From assembly GCA_035309945.1 (NCBI GenBank), contig DATGEQ010000089.1:6854-70853 (forward strand): a DNA stretch of 64,000 bases. Reading direction: 5' to 3'. The notes under the pieces were generated by a model that saw only the letters and a program-made list of their open reading frames with translations, had not been told where the DNA came from and ran no database searches. The stretch comes from Gemmatimonadales bacterium (GTDB taxonomy: Bacteria > Gemmatimonadota > Gemmatimonadetes > Gemmatimonadales > GWC2-71-9). This document shows positions 47,426 to 57,373 of the stretch, piece after piece. Both the position numbers and the translations under genes were made by a program. Numbering within the stretch: position 1 is the stretch's first letter; every line of letters starts with the position of its first letter.

Positions 47426-49057
47426 TTGGAGCAGACCCGCGCAGCGGCCCTGAAAGCAATGGTCGAAACGCCGGTCGACGTGCTGATCATTGGCGGCGGC
47501 ATCACGGGGGCGGGGATCGCGCGCGACGCGGCGATGCGGGGGTTTCGGACGGCGCTGGTGGACAAGGCGGATTTCGGCGCCGGCACGTCGTCGCATTCGT
47601 CGCGCTTGATCCACGGCGGCATCCGCTATCTCGAGCAGGGCGCGTTCCGGCTGGTCTTCGAAGCCAGTCACGAGCGGCGGGTCCTGCTGACCATCGCGCC
47701 GCATTTGGTGCGGCCGCTGGCCTTTCTCTTTCCGATTTATCGAGGTGGCCGCATTCCGGCGTGGAAACTCCGCGCCGGCATGTGGCTGTACGATCTGCTG
47801 GCGTCCTTCCGTAACGTGCGCTGGCATCGCTGGCTCAGCACCAAGAAAGTCCGGCGGGTCGAACCGGCACTTCGCGAGCGCGGCCTTGTCGGCGCGGCGC
47901 TGTACTACGACGCCCAAACCGACGATGCGCGTCTCGTCATCGCCACGATCCGGAGCGCGATCCGCGCGGGAGCCGTGGCGGCCAACTACGTCGAGACCAC
48001 CGCGCTGCTCAAGCCCGACGGCCGAGTCCGCGGGGCCCTGGTGCGTGACGTGCTGACCGGCCAGACCGCCACAATTCGCGCAAACGTTGTCGTAAACGCC
48101 ACCGGCCCGTGGTCCGATCAGCTGCGCCGGCTCGACGATCCGCAGGCGCCGGCAATCTTGCGCCTCACGAAAGGCGTACACGTCACTGTCCCGCGGCGCC
48201 GCCTCGCCAACGAGCACGCCGTCACGCTGCTGTCGCAGATCGATGGACGCGTGATGTTCGTGTTGCCGTGGGATGATCTGTCCTACATCGGGACGACCGA
48301 CACGGACGCCGACTCCTCACCCGATGCGCTGCGCGTGACGGCGGCGGACGTGACGTATCTGCTCCGCTCCGCGAACGCCGCATTCCCGGATGCGCGGCTC
48401 GCGTCGAATGACGTCGTCTCCGCCTGGGTAGGCCTGCGGCCGCTGCTCCGGGAGGATCGCGCGAATCCATCGCAGCTATCGCGCGAGCACAAAGTGTTCG
48501 AGAGCGCGCAAGGCCTGATTACGATTGCCGGCGGCAAGCTGACCACCTATCGCGTCATGGCGCGCGACGTCGCCGATCGCGTTGCGGCGCGCCTGCGCGA
48601 GCTCGACGGGCGGGCGCTCCCGCCACGTCCCGCAACCGACAAGGTGCCGCTTCCGGGCGGCGAGGCAGCCGATCTCGACATTCTGATCGAAGCGGCACGC
48701 GCGCGCGGTGCATCGGAGTCGACCGCTCGACACCTCGTTGCCAGCTACGGCACCGAAGCCGCCGCTGTACTCAATCTCGTGGATCGCGACCGCCAGCTCG
48801 GCACGTCCATCGTCGCCGGGCGCCCGGAAATCTGGGCGGAGATCGCATACACGGTCGAGCGTGAATTGGCGGTGCGCGTGCAAGACGTGCTCGTGCGACG
48901 TCTCCATCTCTTCTATGAACTTCCCGATCAGGCGCGCGCGGTAGCCGGCCGCGTCGCCGCGCAAATGAAACAGCTCCTCGGCTGGGACCAGACACGCGAA
49001 GCCGAGGAGCTGCGAGACTACTTCCAGGTGATCGAGCGCGCTCGGATTACGGCCTGA
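47426..49057 (+). CDS. glpD: FAD-dependent glycerol-3-phosphate dehydrogenase
   Basis: The TTG start is preceded by GGAGGGGAG. The sequence DVLIIGGGITGAGIARDAAMRGFRTALVDKADFGAGTSSHSSRLIHGGIRYLE matches the family. Confidence 0.85.
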   Translation: MEQTRAAALKAMVETPVDVLIIGGGITGAGIARDAAMRGFRTALVDKADFGAGTSSHSSRLIHGGIRYLEQGAFRLVFEASHERRVLLTIAPHLVRPLAFLFPIYRGGRIPAWKLRAGMWLYDLLASFRNVRWHRWLSTKKVRRVEPALRERGLVGAALYYDAQTDDARLVIATIRSAIRAGAVAANYVETTALLKPDGRVRGALVRDVLTGQTATIRANVVVNATGPWSDQLRRLDDPQAPAILRLTKGVHVTVPRRRLANEHAVTLLSQIDGRVMFVLPWDDLSYIGTTDTDADSSPDALRVTAADVTYLLRSANAAFPDARLASNDVVSAWVGLRPLLREDRANPSQLSREHKVFESAQGLITIAGGKLTTYRVMARDVADRVAARLRELDGRALPPRPATDKVPLPGGEAADLDILIEAARARGASESTARHLVASYGTEAAAVLNLVDRDRQLGTSIVAGRPEIWAEIAYTVERELAVRVQDVLVRRLHLFYELPDQARAVAGRVAAQMKQLLGWDQTREAEELRDYFQVIERARITA

Positions 49058-50363
49058 CCCTCACGTGAGGGTTGACGTGTACGTGAGGGTGCACGTGCAC
49101 GTGCGGGCCGTCGTCGTTGTCGTCGATTTGCCGGAGCGCCCACGTCGCCGCGTGGCGAACCGAACCGACCTCGTCGCGCTGCGCGGCGGTGAGCCCGTCC
49201 CGCGCGCGCGGGCTCTCGATTTCACCGAGCGCCCAGGCTGCGGTCGCCCTTACGTCTTCATCGCGGTCCTTGAGGGCGCTCACCAGGGGCTCGACGGCCC
49301 CGTCGCCCTGGACTTCACCCAGCGCCCAGGCAGCCAGCGCCCGTACCTCCGGATCGTCGTCTTTCAACGCGGCCGCCAGCGCATCGACGGACCCGGCATC
49401 TTCGATTTCGCCGAGCGCCCAGATAGCGGTCTTGCGCACGTCGGGCACCGCGTCATGCAGCAATGCTTCGAGCGGGGCGATGCCTTCGGCTTTGTCGATT
49501 TCGCCCAACGCCCAGGCCGCCTGTTGCCGCACGCGCGGGTCGCGGTCCTGGGTTGCCGTGCTCAAAATGGGCACGGCAGACCCGTCCTCGATTTCGCCGA
49601 GGGCCCAAACCGCGGAGAGGCGCACATCGATGTCGGAGTCTTTGAGTGCGTTGCTCAACGGCCGGACGGCGCGCGCGTCATCGATTTCGCCGAGCGCCCA
49701 GGCAGCGGTGCGACGCACCTCGGGCGCGCGATCGCTCAACGCCGCCGCCAGCGCATCAATCGTGAGCTTCTCGTCCATTTCGCCCAGGGCCCAGGCGGCG
49801 GTCATGCGGACGGCCGAGCTCGCGTCATTCTTCAGGGCGTTGCTGAGCGGGTCGATTGCGCGACGGTCCTCGAGCTCACCTAACCCGAGCGCACCAGTCT
49901 CGCGAAAGTCGGCTCGCGTCTCGCGCAGCAACCCGATGAACAGGTCATAGCTGGCGGAGCCGCCGTGGTTGCCCAGCACGCGGGCGGCAATGTTGCGGAC
50001 GCAGCGATTGTCGTCGCGAACGAATGCGCGGAAGGCACCGAGCACGGCAGGATCGAGCTGGTGCCGGCTCTCGTGCATGGCAATGTGAAAGCCGCCGCCT
50101 CCGCCTCCCCCTGGCATCGGCATCGGTGTAGGCATGGGCTGCGGCATCGGCATTCCGGGCGTCAAGAAGGCGCGGCCCCAAAAACCACCGTAGTTCATGA
50201 GCGATTCGCCGGCCAGCGCGCAAACGGTCGAGTCGGCGGTGCCCAACTGATTCAGGACGCGAGTAACGGCTGCGGAATCGAGCGGAGCGCGTTCCTGCAC
50301 GACGAGCAGGAGCGACGTCAGTAACGGCGCGAGCATGGGAATCCCGGTTCGAGAGACGTTCAC
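49047..50363 (-). CDS. HEAT-repeat (PBS-lyase-type) protein with Met-Pro/Gly run and C-terminal His-Val repeat tail
   Basis: About 9 repeats of xxVRxxAAWALGEIxDxxAVxxLxxALxD. It also has MPMPQPMPTPMPMPGGGGGGG (50091..50153) and the tail GPHVHVHPHVHVNPHVRVRP (49050..49109). Confidence 0.75.
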   Translation of the reverse strand: MNVSRTGIPMLAPLLTSLLLVVQERAPLDSAAVTRVLNQLGTADSTVCALAGESLMNYGGFWGRAFLTPGMPMPQPMPTPMPMPGGGGGGGFHIAMHESRHQLDPAVLGAFRAFVRDDNRCVRNIAARVLGNHGGSASYDLFIGLLRETRADFRETGALGLGELEDRRAIDPLSNALKNDASSAVRMTAAWALGEMDEKLTIDALAAALSDRAPEVRRTAAWALGEIDDARAVRPLSNALKDSDIDVRLSAVWALGEIEDGSAVPILSTATQDRDPRVRQQAAWALGEIDKAEGIAPLEALLHDAVPDVRKTAIWALGEIEDAGSVDALAAALKDDDPEVRALAAWALGEVQGDGAVEPLVSALKDRDEDVRATAAWALGEIESPRARDGLTAAQRDEVGSVRHAATWALRQIDDNDDGPHVHVHPHVHVNPHVRVRP

Positions 50364-50388
50364 TTGGATAGGGGCGTAGGCGGAAAGG

Positions 50389-51246
50389 TTGCCGCCTTCG
50401 GAAATGCCGGTATGTTTTCGCCCCGTGCGCCCCAGCGTCCGCCGTCACTTCCGCAGCTATGCCGTGCTGCTCGTTCTGATCAGTATGGCGGGATGCTCCA
50501 GTCCGGCCCCGTCACGAACGGCAAGCGTGGCAGACTCGATCATTCCGTCCGGACCGTTCGGAGATGCCGTGCGACGCGGCAAAGCCCTCGTGCTGGCGAC
50601 ACGGGACAGCCTGCCGGGGAATGTCGGCAACAAGCTGCGCTGCACGAGCTGCCATCTCGACGTGGGGCGACGTGAGACCGGCACGTGGATCGGCGTGTTC
50701 GCGCGCTATCCGCAATATCGTGCGCGCAGTGGCGTCGTCGAAACGATCGAATATCGCGTGAACGATTGCTTTCGCCGCAGCATGAACGGGACGGCCCTCG
50801 ATCCCGCGAGCGATGACATGCGGGACATCGTGGCCTACCTCGCGTTTCTGTCGAAGGGCGTAACCGTCGGGCCACCCGGGCTGAGCCTGCGGCTGCAAAA
50901 ATGGGCCGTGCTCACGGCCGATCCCGACAGCGGGTCGCGCGTCTATGCCGCTGTTTGCGCCAAGTGTCACGGCACGTCGGGCGAGGGAACCGCGGTCGCG
51001 CCGCCGGTCTGGGGCCCGGATTCGTACAACATCGGCGCCGGCATGTCGCGGGTGCGCGCCGCCGCCGAATTCATCAGCCGCAACATGCCGTTCGACGCGC
51101 CGGGCACGCTGCGGGACGCCGACGCGTTCAACGTCGCCGCGTTCATCAATGCGCATACTCGGCCCGACTTCGCCGGGAAAGAGAACGATTGGCCGAACGG
51201 TGATCCACCACCGGATGTCGCGTATCCCACACGAGCACACCACTAG
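50389..51246 (+). CDS. Dihaem c-type cytochrome, TsdA-like (thiosulfate dehydrogenase family), lipoprotein
   Basis: Two CxxCH motifs (CTSCH, CAKCH) and a lipobox (LISMAGC). The segment IEYRVNDCFRRSMNG resembles the Cys-ligand loop of TsdA. The start is uncertain (TTG 50389, ATG 50404 or GTG 50425). Confidence 0.6.
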   Translation: MPPSEMPVCFRPVRPSVRRHFRSYAVLLVLISMAGCSSPAPSRTASVADSIIPSGPFGDAVRRGKALVLATRDSLPGNVGNKLRCTSCHLDVGRRETGTWIGVFARYPQYRARSGVVETIEYRVNDCFRRSMNGTALDPASDDMRDIVAYLAFLSKGVTVGPPGLSLRLQKWAVLTADPDSGSRVYAAVCAKCHGTSGEGTAVAPPVWGPDSYNIGAGMSRVRAAAEFISRNMPFDAPGTLRDADAFNVAAFINAHTRPDFAGKENDWPNGDPPPDVAYPTRAHH

Positions 51247-51255
51247 GAGGCACGT

Positions 51256-51915
51256 ATGTACAGGCGCGGGTTTCTCGGTCGTCTCGCCGCCACCGCGGCC
51301 GCTGGAGTCGCAGGGTTGACCCCGCTTCGACTGGAAGCGCAGCCGTCGATCCGTCACGAGCCCATGGCCGGCGGTGCGGACGCGTCGTTCGAGACGTGGC
51401 TCAACCGAATCAACGGCAAACACAAGATGTTGTTCGACGCACCCGAGCCGAACGGCGGCATGGCGGTCGTCTGGCCGCGCGTCTGGCTCAACGGCAACAA
51501 CGACAATTACGGCACGAAGGACACGGACAACTCGGCGGTGATCGTGCTGCGGCACGGCGCGATCCCGATCGCGATGCAGGACGCGCTGTGGGCGAAGTAC
51601 AAATTCGGCGAGGTGTTCGGTATCAAGGACGGCGATGCGCCGTCGGTGCGCAATCTATTCGCGAAGACGCTGCCACTGCCGCTGCCGGGGACGGGAGTCG
51701 AGGCGCTGCTCGCGAGCGGCGCGCAGATCGGCGTCTGCAACGTGGCGCTCACGGTCTTTAGCGGCATGGTTGCCCAGAAGATGAGCATGGACGCGGCCGC
51801 TGTGAAATCGGAATGGGTCGCGGGGCTGATTCCGGGAGTGCAGGTGGTACCGTCGGGCGTGCTCGCGGTCTCGCGCGCGCAGGAGAAGGGCTGCGTTTAC
51901 TGTTTCGCAGGGTGA
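51256..51915 (+). CDS. Tat-exported DsrE/DsrF-like family protein
   Basis: Twin-arginine signal MYRRGFLGRLAATAAAGVAG. The core HKMLFD...VIVLRHGAI...LLASGAQIGVCNVAL...VQVVPSGVLAVSRAQEKGCVY follows the COG1416/DsrE-like pattern. Confidence 0.55.
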   Translation: MYRRGFLGRLAATAAAGVAGLTPLRLEAQPSIRHEPMAGGADASFETWLNRINGKHKMLFDAPEPNGGMAVVWPRVWLNGNNDNYGTKDTDNSAVIVLRHGAIPIAMQDALWAKYKFGEVFGIKDGDAPSVRNLFAKTLPLPLPGTGVEALLASGAQIGVCNVALTVFSGMVAQKMSMDAAAVKSEWVAGLIPGVQVVPSGVLAVSRAQEKGCVYCFAG

Positions 51916-51927
51916 GTTGCATTCGTG

Positions 51928-51953
51928 TAGGGGCGCAGCATGCTGCGCCCCTA
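51928..51953. terminator. Perfect 26-nt palindrome between convergent genes (bidirectional terminator candidate)
   Basis: TAGGGGCGCAGCATGCTGCGCCCCTA forms an 11-bp GC-rich stem. It includes the TAG stop of the minus-strand gene. There is no clear U-tract on either side. Confidence 0.5.
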
Positions 51954-52943
51954 CTTCCATCCCCTCAAGCCCCTTACATAATCATGTAGCACGAGAAATT
52001 TCTCGTACAAGCGCACGCCTTTGCGCTTTCTGCCGAACTCACTGAACAACTCGCGTAACCGGCCACGCCGGGTCACGTAGAATCGAAACGTCTCGGCAAA
52101 GTCTTCCTGCGGATGGGTCGCCGCGTAGGCGCTCACGTAATCGGTCAGCGTGGTCGCGATGCGCCGCCGCTCGAAGTCCACCCAGTGCTCGTCTGCCACA
52201 CGGTAGGCTTTGCGCACCTCACCGAACGCGCGCCGGAAGCGGCCGGTGCGAGTCCACGACCAGTGATGATAGAGAAAAGAGTGCCCCAGCTCGTGGAGCA
52301 GAAGGCCGGTCAGCATGTTCCAGGAGATCTCGTCACGCCGGCGCTTCCCGGTGACGTAGCGGCGATCGAGCTCGATCACCTTCGGTGCACGGGGCGCCAC
52401 ACCCGACACGCCGGGCCGCAGCATCACGCGATAATGCCAGTCCCGAATCCGCGCGACGATCAAGAGCCGCCGCGCCCTGCGCAGCGCGCGCGGAATGAGA
52501 TCGCGGCCGGTGGCGTCTTCACCGCACCAGGGACACGTCGCCATCCAGTCGTCCGCCCCGCGGTCGCAGTGCGGGCAGACGTTCTGGAAATCGTCGTAGC
52601 GCCACGTTTGGGCCCGCCCACACCAGGGACAGAACCGCATGGGGTACATGACGCCGCCGCCACAGCCCCAATCGCAGCGCGCGTGATACTTGAAACCCTT
52701 GGGCGCCTTCAGCGGCTCGGGACTCGAATCCTCATCGTGGATGTTCCGGCCGCACCAGGGACAGAAGGAAAACGCGTCCGACACCATCCATCCGCAGTAC
52801 GCACACTCGGCGCCCGTCTCCCTTTGGACGTCAGGCCACTCGAGCCGCCGGCTGCAGCTCGGGCAGAAGCTCCAGAACCGCTCGAGCTCCGTGTGGCAGC
52901 GCGGGCATCGCAGCTCGGGAGTAGGGATTTCGCGCTTACTCAC
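51951..52943 (-). CDS. Four tandem zinc-ribbons fused to an HExxH zincin-like metallopeptidase domain
   Basis: Ribbons: CPRC..CPSC, CAYC..CPWC, C..C..CPWC and CPHC..CPWC. The C-terminal domain has LLHELGHSF and HPQEDFAETF. The GTG start overlaps the upstream stop (GTGA). Confidence 0.7.
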   Translation of the reverse strand: MSKREIPTPELRCPRCHTELERFWSFCPSCSRRLEWPDVQRETGAECAYCGWMVSDAFSFCPWCGRNIHDEDSSPEPLKAPKGFKYHARCDWGCGGGVMYPMRFCPWCGRAQTWRYDDFQNVCPHCDRGADDWMATCPWCGEDATGRDLIPRALRRARRLLIVARIRDWHYRVMLRPGVSGVAPRAPKVIELDRRYVTGKRRRDEISWNMLTGLLLHELGHSFLYHHWSWTRTGRFRRAFGEVRKAYRVADEHWVDFERRRIATTLTDYVSAYAATHPQEDFAETFRFYVTRRGRLRELFSEFGRKRKGVRLYEKFLVLHDYVRGLRGWK

Positions 52944-53938
52944 CGCGCCAGGGCCTCGTCCACGATGCGTTGAATGAACGCGTTGTACTTGAAACCCGCC
53001 TTCTCCGCCGCTTCCGCCATTTCGTGCTCGGCGGCGATGAATGGATTCGGGTTCACCTCGAGCACGTAAACTTCATCGTCGTGCGCCAACCGCACGTCCA
53101 CGCGCCCGTAGTCCTGGAGCCAGAGCGCGTGGAACGCCGTGCTGCAGATCTCGCCGATCCGGCGCGTCAGCTCTTCCGACACGCCTTTCGCGAACACGTT
53201 CTTGATCCGCTTCTTTTTTCGGTACTCCTCGTCCCACTTCGCCTTGTAGGTCGCGATGCGATGCTCACCCGTTTCGGGCTCGCCGAACGTCATCTCGGTG
53301 AGTGGGAGCACCTCGAGCTCGTCGTTCCCGATCAGGCCGACATAGACCTCGCGACCTTCGACCAGCTCTTCGACAATCGCGGCCTGGTGGTACTTGCCGT
53401 GAATGAACTCGACGCGCTGCTTCAGGCTCGGGTCGTCTTCGACGACCGAGGCCTGCGCGATGCCGATGGACGCATCCTCGAGCAGCGGCTTCACGATCAG
53501 GGGGAACCGCAGCTCCGAGGGCCGGAGCACGTCGTCGCCTTCGTGAAATTCGGCGAACGCGGGCACGCGAATGCCGTGGAAGGCGAGCACTTTCTTCGTC
53601 AGCGATTTGTTGCGCGCAACCAAGAGGGCGGTCGGCGACGAGCCGGTGTAGCGATAGCCGTACATGTCGAGCAACGCGGCGATGGCATACTCGTGGCGCG
53701 CGTTCCTGCGAAAACCTTCACAGCCGTTGAACACGAGCTTTGGCTGAAACCAGACGAGCTTGGTCAGCAGCGGGGCGACGTCGTCGCCGATGCCGATCAT
53801 CAGCACCTCGTGCCCGTTCGCGATCAACGCGCGCGCGACGTCGTACTCCGCCTCCTCCGCCTTCTGCTCGACTTCACGTTTGAACGCGGCGTCGTCCCAT
53901 TCGGGATGCAGCGAATCGAAGATGACGGCGATCTTCAC
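52940..53938 (-). CDS. ATP-grasp ligase, D-alanine--D-alanine-ligase-like
   Basis: 332 aa. Contains KSLTKKVLAFHGIRVP, PLIVKPLLEDASIGI, VEELVEGREVYVG and YVLEVNPNP motifs. GTG start with GAGG 7 nt upstream. Confidence 0.8.
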   Translation of the reverse strand: MKIAVIFDSLHPEWDDAAFKREVEQKAEEAEYDVARALIANGHEVLMIGIGDDVAPLLTKLVWFQPKLVFNGCEGFRRNARHEYAIAALLDMYGYRYTGSSPTALLVARNKSLTKKVLAFHGIRVPAFAEFHEGDDVLRPSELRFPLIVKPLLEDASIGIAQASVVEDDPSLKQRVEFIHGKYHQAAIVEELVEGREVYVGLIGNDELEVLPLTEMTFGEPETGEHRIATYKAKWDEEYRKKKRIKNVFAKGVSEELTRRIGEICSTAFHALWLQDYGRVDVRLAHDDEVYVLEVNPNPFIAAEHEMAEAAEKAGFKYNAFIQRIVDEALAR

Positions 53939-53947
53939 GACCGGACC

Positions 53948-55504
53948 TCAGCGCCGGCGCGACACATGCATGTCGAGCGCGCTCACGCGTTGCATGTCGC
54001 GTTTCACGGTTGTCAGTCCGATCAGAATGATTGCGCCGCCCAACACCCCGACGGCCGGCAACAGCAGCATCGCGGTCCGCAGGGTCCCGGTCCGGTCCGA
54101 CAGATAGCCGATCAGCGGCGGCGCGAGCGCGTCGCCGGCGAGGTGCGAAAACAGCACGAAGGCGCCGAGCACCGAGGCCTGCACCGCGGGCGGCACGACG
54201 TCCAGGATCACGGCGGCGAGTGGTCCATTGTACCAGGAGTACAAGAAATACGTCGCCAGAATGAGCGGCGCGAACCAGCGCAGATCGTGAACCAGCAAGA
54301 GCGCCGCGCACACGGGGGCGCCGAGCACGAACCCGGCGCCGGACGCGAGCACGCGGCCCCCGCTCCAGCGTTGCTGCAACCGGTCGGCCAGCCTGCCGCC
54401 GACCAGCGCGCCGAGCACGCCGCCGGCGAGGGCCCACAGACCGAACTGCGCGCCGACGCTCGCGACCGAGAGTCCATGGACGCGCTCCATGAACGCCGCG
54501 GCCCACGCGATGAGCCCGTTCACCGCGAACGTAATCATCGCGCCGCCCAGAAACACCCAGATCAACGTCGGCGTGCGCAGCACGAGAACCGCGGCGTCCT
54601 GAAAGTCGTCGAACGCGTCCGCCGCGACGGCGCCGGCCGCGGTGGTGCGGCGCACGGCGACCGGCACGAGGCGCCACACGGTCCATGCGATGCCGATGCT
54701 CACGCCGACGCCGAATAGCGCCGTGCCCACCTGCGAGGGAATTCCCTCGAACAGCGACAGGAATCCCGCCAAGATGGCGCCCACGCCCGCGCACACCACG
54801 ACCGGCATCGCGTAGTACAGGACGCCGCGCATGCCGCGCTCGCCCCAGCGCCGCAACGTCTCGAAGATCGGCGGTGGCGGCCGCCGATCGAGCTCGCGCA
54901 GCCGCGATGCAAGAATGGCGAGCACGAGGCCGGGGAGTCCCATCCCGATGAATGCCCAACGCCAACCGTACCGCTCGGCGATGACGCCGCCGAACCAGAT
55001 GCCGAGCACGCCGCCCAGCGCCATGCCGACGGAGTACACGCCGATCGCGAACGCGCGACGGCGACCTTTGTAGTACTGGGCGATGAGAGCCTGCGCGGCC
55101 GGCGCGTACCCCGCTTCGCCGAATCCCACCAGCGCGCGACAGGTGAAGAGCTGCCAGAACTTGCGCACCAACCCGCCTGCCGCGGTCGACGCGGTCCACA
55201 CCGCCACGCCCAGCGTGATGACGCTGCGCCGCGAACGCAGGTCCCCGATCACACCGAGCGGCAATGCCGCCAGCGACAGCACCACGATGTACGCCGAGCC
55301 CAGCCAACCGAGTTGCGCGTCGGTTAGATGGAGATCGCGCTTGACCGGCTCGAACACCGCAAAGACGACGTTGCGATCGAGATAGTTGAAGAGATTGACG
55401 AGTGTGAGCAGCCCCAGGACATACGCGGCGTACGCCCTGGTCGAACGCGGCGTCTTCCGCCTTTCAGGTCGCCCGGCCGCCAGTGGCTGCCTCGGCGCGC
55501 GCAT
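53948..55504 (-). CDS. MFS transporter (Spinster-like)
   Basis: 518 aa with about 12 hydrophobic helices. N-terminal motif [10 protein letters not shown], and [10 protein letters not shown] in loop 2-3. Confidence 0.8.
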   Translation of the reverse strand: MRAPRQPLAAGRPERRKTPRSTRAYAAYVLGLLTLVNLFNYLDRNVVFAVFEPVKRDLHLTDAQLGWLGSAYIVVLSLAALPLGVIGDLRSRRSVITLGVAVWTASTAAGGLVRKFWQLFTCRALVGFGEAGYAPAAQALIAQYYKGRRRAFAIGVYSVGMALGGVLGIWFGGVIAERYGWRWAFIGMGLPGLVLAILASRLRELDRRPPPPIFETLRRWGERGMRGVLYYAMPVVVCAGVGAILAGFLSLFEGIPSQVGTALFGVGVSIGIAWTVWRLVPVAVRRTTAAGAVAADAFDDFQDAAVLVLRTPTLIWVFLGGAMITFAVNGLIAWAAAFMERVHGLSVASVGAQFGLWALAGGVLGALVGGRLADRLQQRWSGGRVLASGAGFVLGAPVCAALLLVHDLRWFAPLILATYFLYSWYNGPLAAVILDVVPPAVQASVLGAFVLFSHLAGDALAPPLIGYLSDRTGTLRTAMLLLPAVGVLGGAIILIGLTTVKRDMQRVSALDMHVSRRR

Positions 55505-56600
55505 CGCGATCGGCTTTCGCCTCGAGATACGAATCGGTCAGCTCGCGCATCATGTCTCCGCGCCGGTCGTACAGGCGCTTCAGTTTGCGAGGTTTGCGGC
55601 GCGCCAGCGCGTACGCGGCCAGCACCGGAAACGCCACCGTGTTGTCGAGATACGCCACGACCGTTCCGGGAAGCTTGTCGGGGTCCACTTTGCCCCAGCT
55701 CACCGCTTCGGACGGCGTCGCGCCGGACAGACCGCCGGTGTCGGGTCGCGCGTCCGTCAGCTGCAGGTAGTAATCGTGACCCTTTTCGCTGATGCCCAGC
55801 ACTTCCTGAATCTGCGGCTCGGTCTGGAGCACGAAGTTCTTGGGACTTCCACCGCCGATGATCAGGATGCCGCTCTTTCCACCGTGCACTTTGGCGGCGA
55901 ACACGATGGCCGACGTTTCGTTGACGTCGGCGCTCACGTCGAACCGCAGCTTGCTGCCCGACAGCGCCTGCTCGGCGACGTTCATGCCGATCGACGAATC
56001 GCCCGGGGAAGATGTGTAGATCGGGACCGCGGCCTGATGGGCGGCGCCCAGTACGGATTTGCGCGTGATGCCGAGCGCGTTCTCGCGCTCGCGGACGTAG
56101 CCACCAAGCAGGTAGTGGTACTCCGCGGTGCTCATGGATCGCTGGAATTCCGGACGCGCCGATACCTCGCGGACGAAGCGATCGGTGGAGAGTAGCACGT
56201 CGTAGTCGAAGAAGATGTCGTAGATGCGCACGACGCCCTCTTCCCGCAGCACGACGTCGTCGGCGAACGGCGTGCCGCGATGCATCGCCATGCCGAGACC
56301 GAAGTGCGCGTCGTGATACAAATTGGCGCCGGTCGACACCATCCAATCGATGAATCCGGCTTCGATGAGGGGAATGATCGTCGACATCCCGAGGCCGGCC
56401 GGCGTCATCGCGCCGGTGAGACTCATGCCTACGGTGACGTCGTCTTCGAGCATCCGCTCGGTAAAGAGGCGGCACCCTTCGGCGAGCCGGCCCGCGTTGT
56501 ACGCGAGAAACGCGTTCTCGACCAGCTCGGCGACGGTCTCTTTGCCGGTGATCGGCTTCGGATTGATACGCTGGCCGCGCAGGAATTCGCTTTGGGTCAT
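55464..56600 (-). CDS. Deoxyhypusine-synthase-like protein (possible homospermidine synthase)
   Basis: Start ATG 56600 ([14 protein letters not shown]...). It has the DHS family core ([32 protein letters not shown]). ATGA overlap with the upstream gene. Confidence 0.8.
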   Translation of the reverse strand: MTQSEFLRGQRINPKPITGKETVAELVENAFLAYNAGRLAEGCRLFTERMLEDDVTVGMSLTGAMTPAGLGMSTIIPLIEAGFIDWMVSTGANLYHDAHFGLGMAMHRGTPFADDVVLREEGVVRIYDIFFDYDVLLSTDRFVREVSARPEFQRSMSTAEYHYLLGGYVRERENALGITRKSVLGAAHQAAVPIYTSSPGDSSIGMNVAEQALSGSKLRFDVSADVNETSAIVFAAKVHGGKSGILIIGGGSPKNFVLQTEPQIQEVLGISEKGHDYYLQLTDARPDTGGLSGATPSEAVSWGKVDPDKLPGTVVAYLDNTVAFPVLAAYALARRKPRKLKRLYDRRGDMMRELTDSYLEAKADRDARAEAATGGRAT

Positions 56601-57373
56601 CGCGTGGACTGGCTGATCGGTTGCATGGCGCGAAATGCGCGGGTGCGGCGCTCGCGAGCGTCCACGATCCACCCCAGCGCCTCTTTGGGATCGTCGGTGA
56701 GCAGAAAGAGATTCAGGTCCTCCGGAGAGATCTTGTTCTCGGCCGCCACACGATCCTTCAACCAGTCCGCGAGCCCGCGCCAATAGTCCCGCCCGAACAG
56801 CACGACGGGAAATTGTTTGACTTTACCCGTCTGCACGAGCGTCAGCGCCTCGAACAGCTCGTCCATGGTCCCGTAGCCGCCGGGAAAAGTGATGAATGCG
56901 GTGGAGTACTTCACGAACATCGTCTTGCGCACAAAGAAGTAGCGGAAGTGGACCGAGCGCTCCACCCATTTGTTCGTGCCTTGCTCGAACGGCAGCTCGA
57001 TATTGCAGCCGATCGACAGGCCACCGCCCTCCTTGGCGCCGCGATTGGCCGCTTCCATGATTCCCGGACCGCCGCCGGTGATGATCGCAAAGCCTTCCTT
57101 CGCCAGCATGCGCGACGTCTCGCGCGCCGCGGCGTAAAAGGGATCGCCTTCGACCGTTCGCGCCGAGCCGAACACGGTCACCGCGTTGCGGACGTCGGAG
57201 AGGGTGTCGAACCCCTCCACGAATTCCCCCATGATCCGCAGCACGCGCCAGGGATCGGTGCTCGTGAACGACGCCCGCCGCTCGATCGGGACGACCTGCG
57301 GCGGAATGAGAAGCTGTTCGTCTTCAGTGAGCGGGCTGCGAGGCGAGGCGCTCGGTTGCTCGGACATGGTCAT
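56597..57373 (-). CDS. LOG-family (TIGR00730-type) Rossmann protein
   Basis: Contains [14 protein letters not shown] and the [12 protein letters not shown] motif. The alternative start ATG 57367 has AGGA 5 nt upstream. Confidence 0.85.
   Translation of the reverse strand: MTMSEQPSASPRSPLTEDEQLLIPPQVVPIERRASFTSTDPWRVLRIMGEFVEGFDTLSDVRNAVTVFGSARTVEGDPFYAAARETSRMLAKEGFAIITGGGPGIMEAANRGAKEGGGLSIGCNIELPFEQGTNKWVERSVHFRYFFVRKTMFVKYSTAFITFPGGYGTMDELFEALTLVQTGKVKQFPVVLFGRDYWRGLADWLKDRVAAENKISPEDLNLFLLTDDPKEALGWIVDARERRTRAFRAMQPISQSTR

Noticed and set aside
49063-49110. Cluster of CACGTG palindromes, considered as transcription-factor sites
   Set aside because: They are fully explained as His-Val (CAC GTG) codon repeats of the HEAT-protein tail on the minus strand.
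52970-54718. 582-aa plus-strand ORF
   Set aside because: It is antisense to the ATP-grasp and MFS genes. It is Arg/His/Glu-rich with no recognisable domain.
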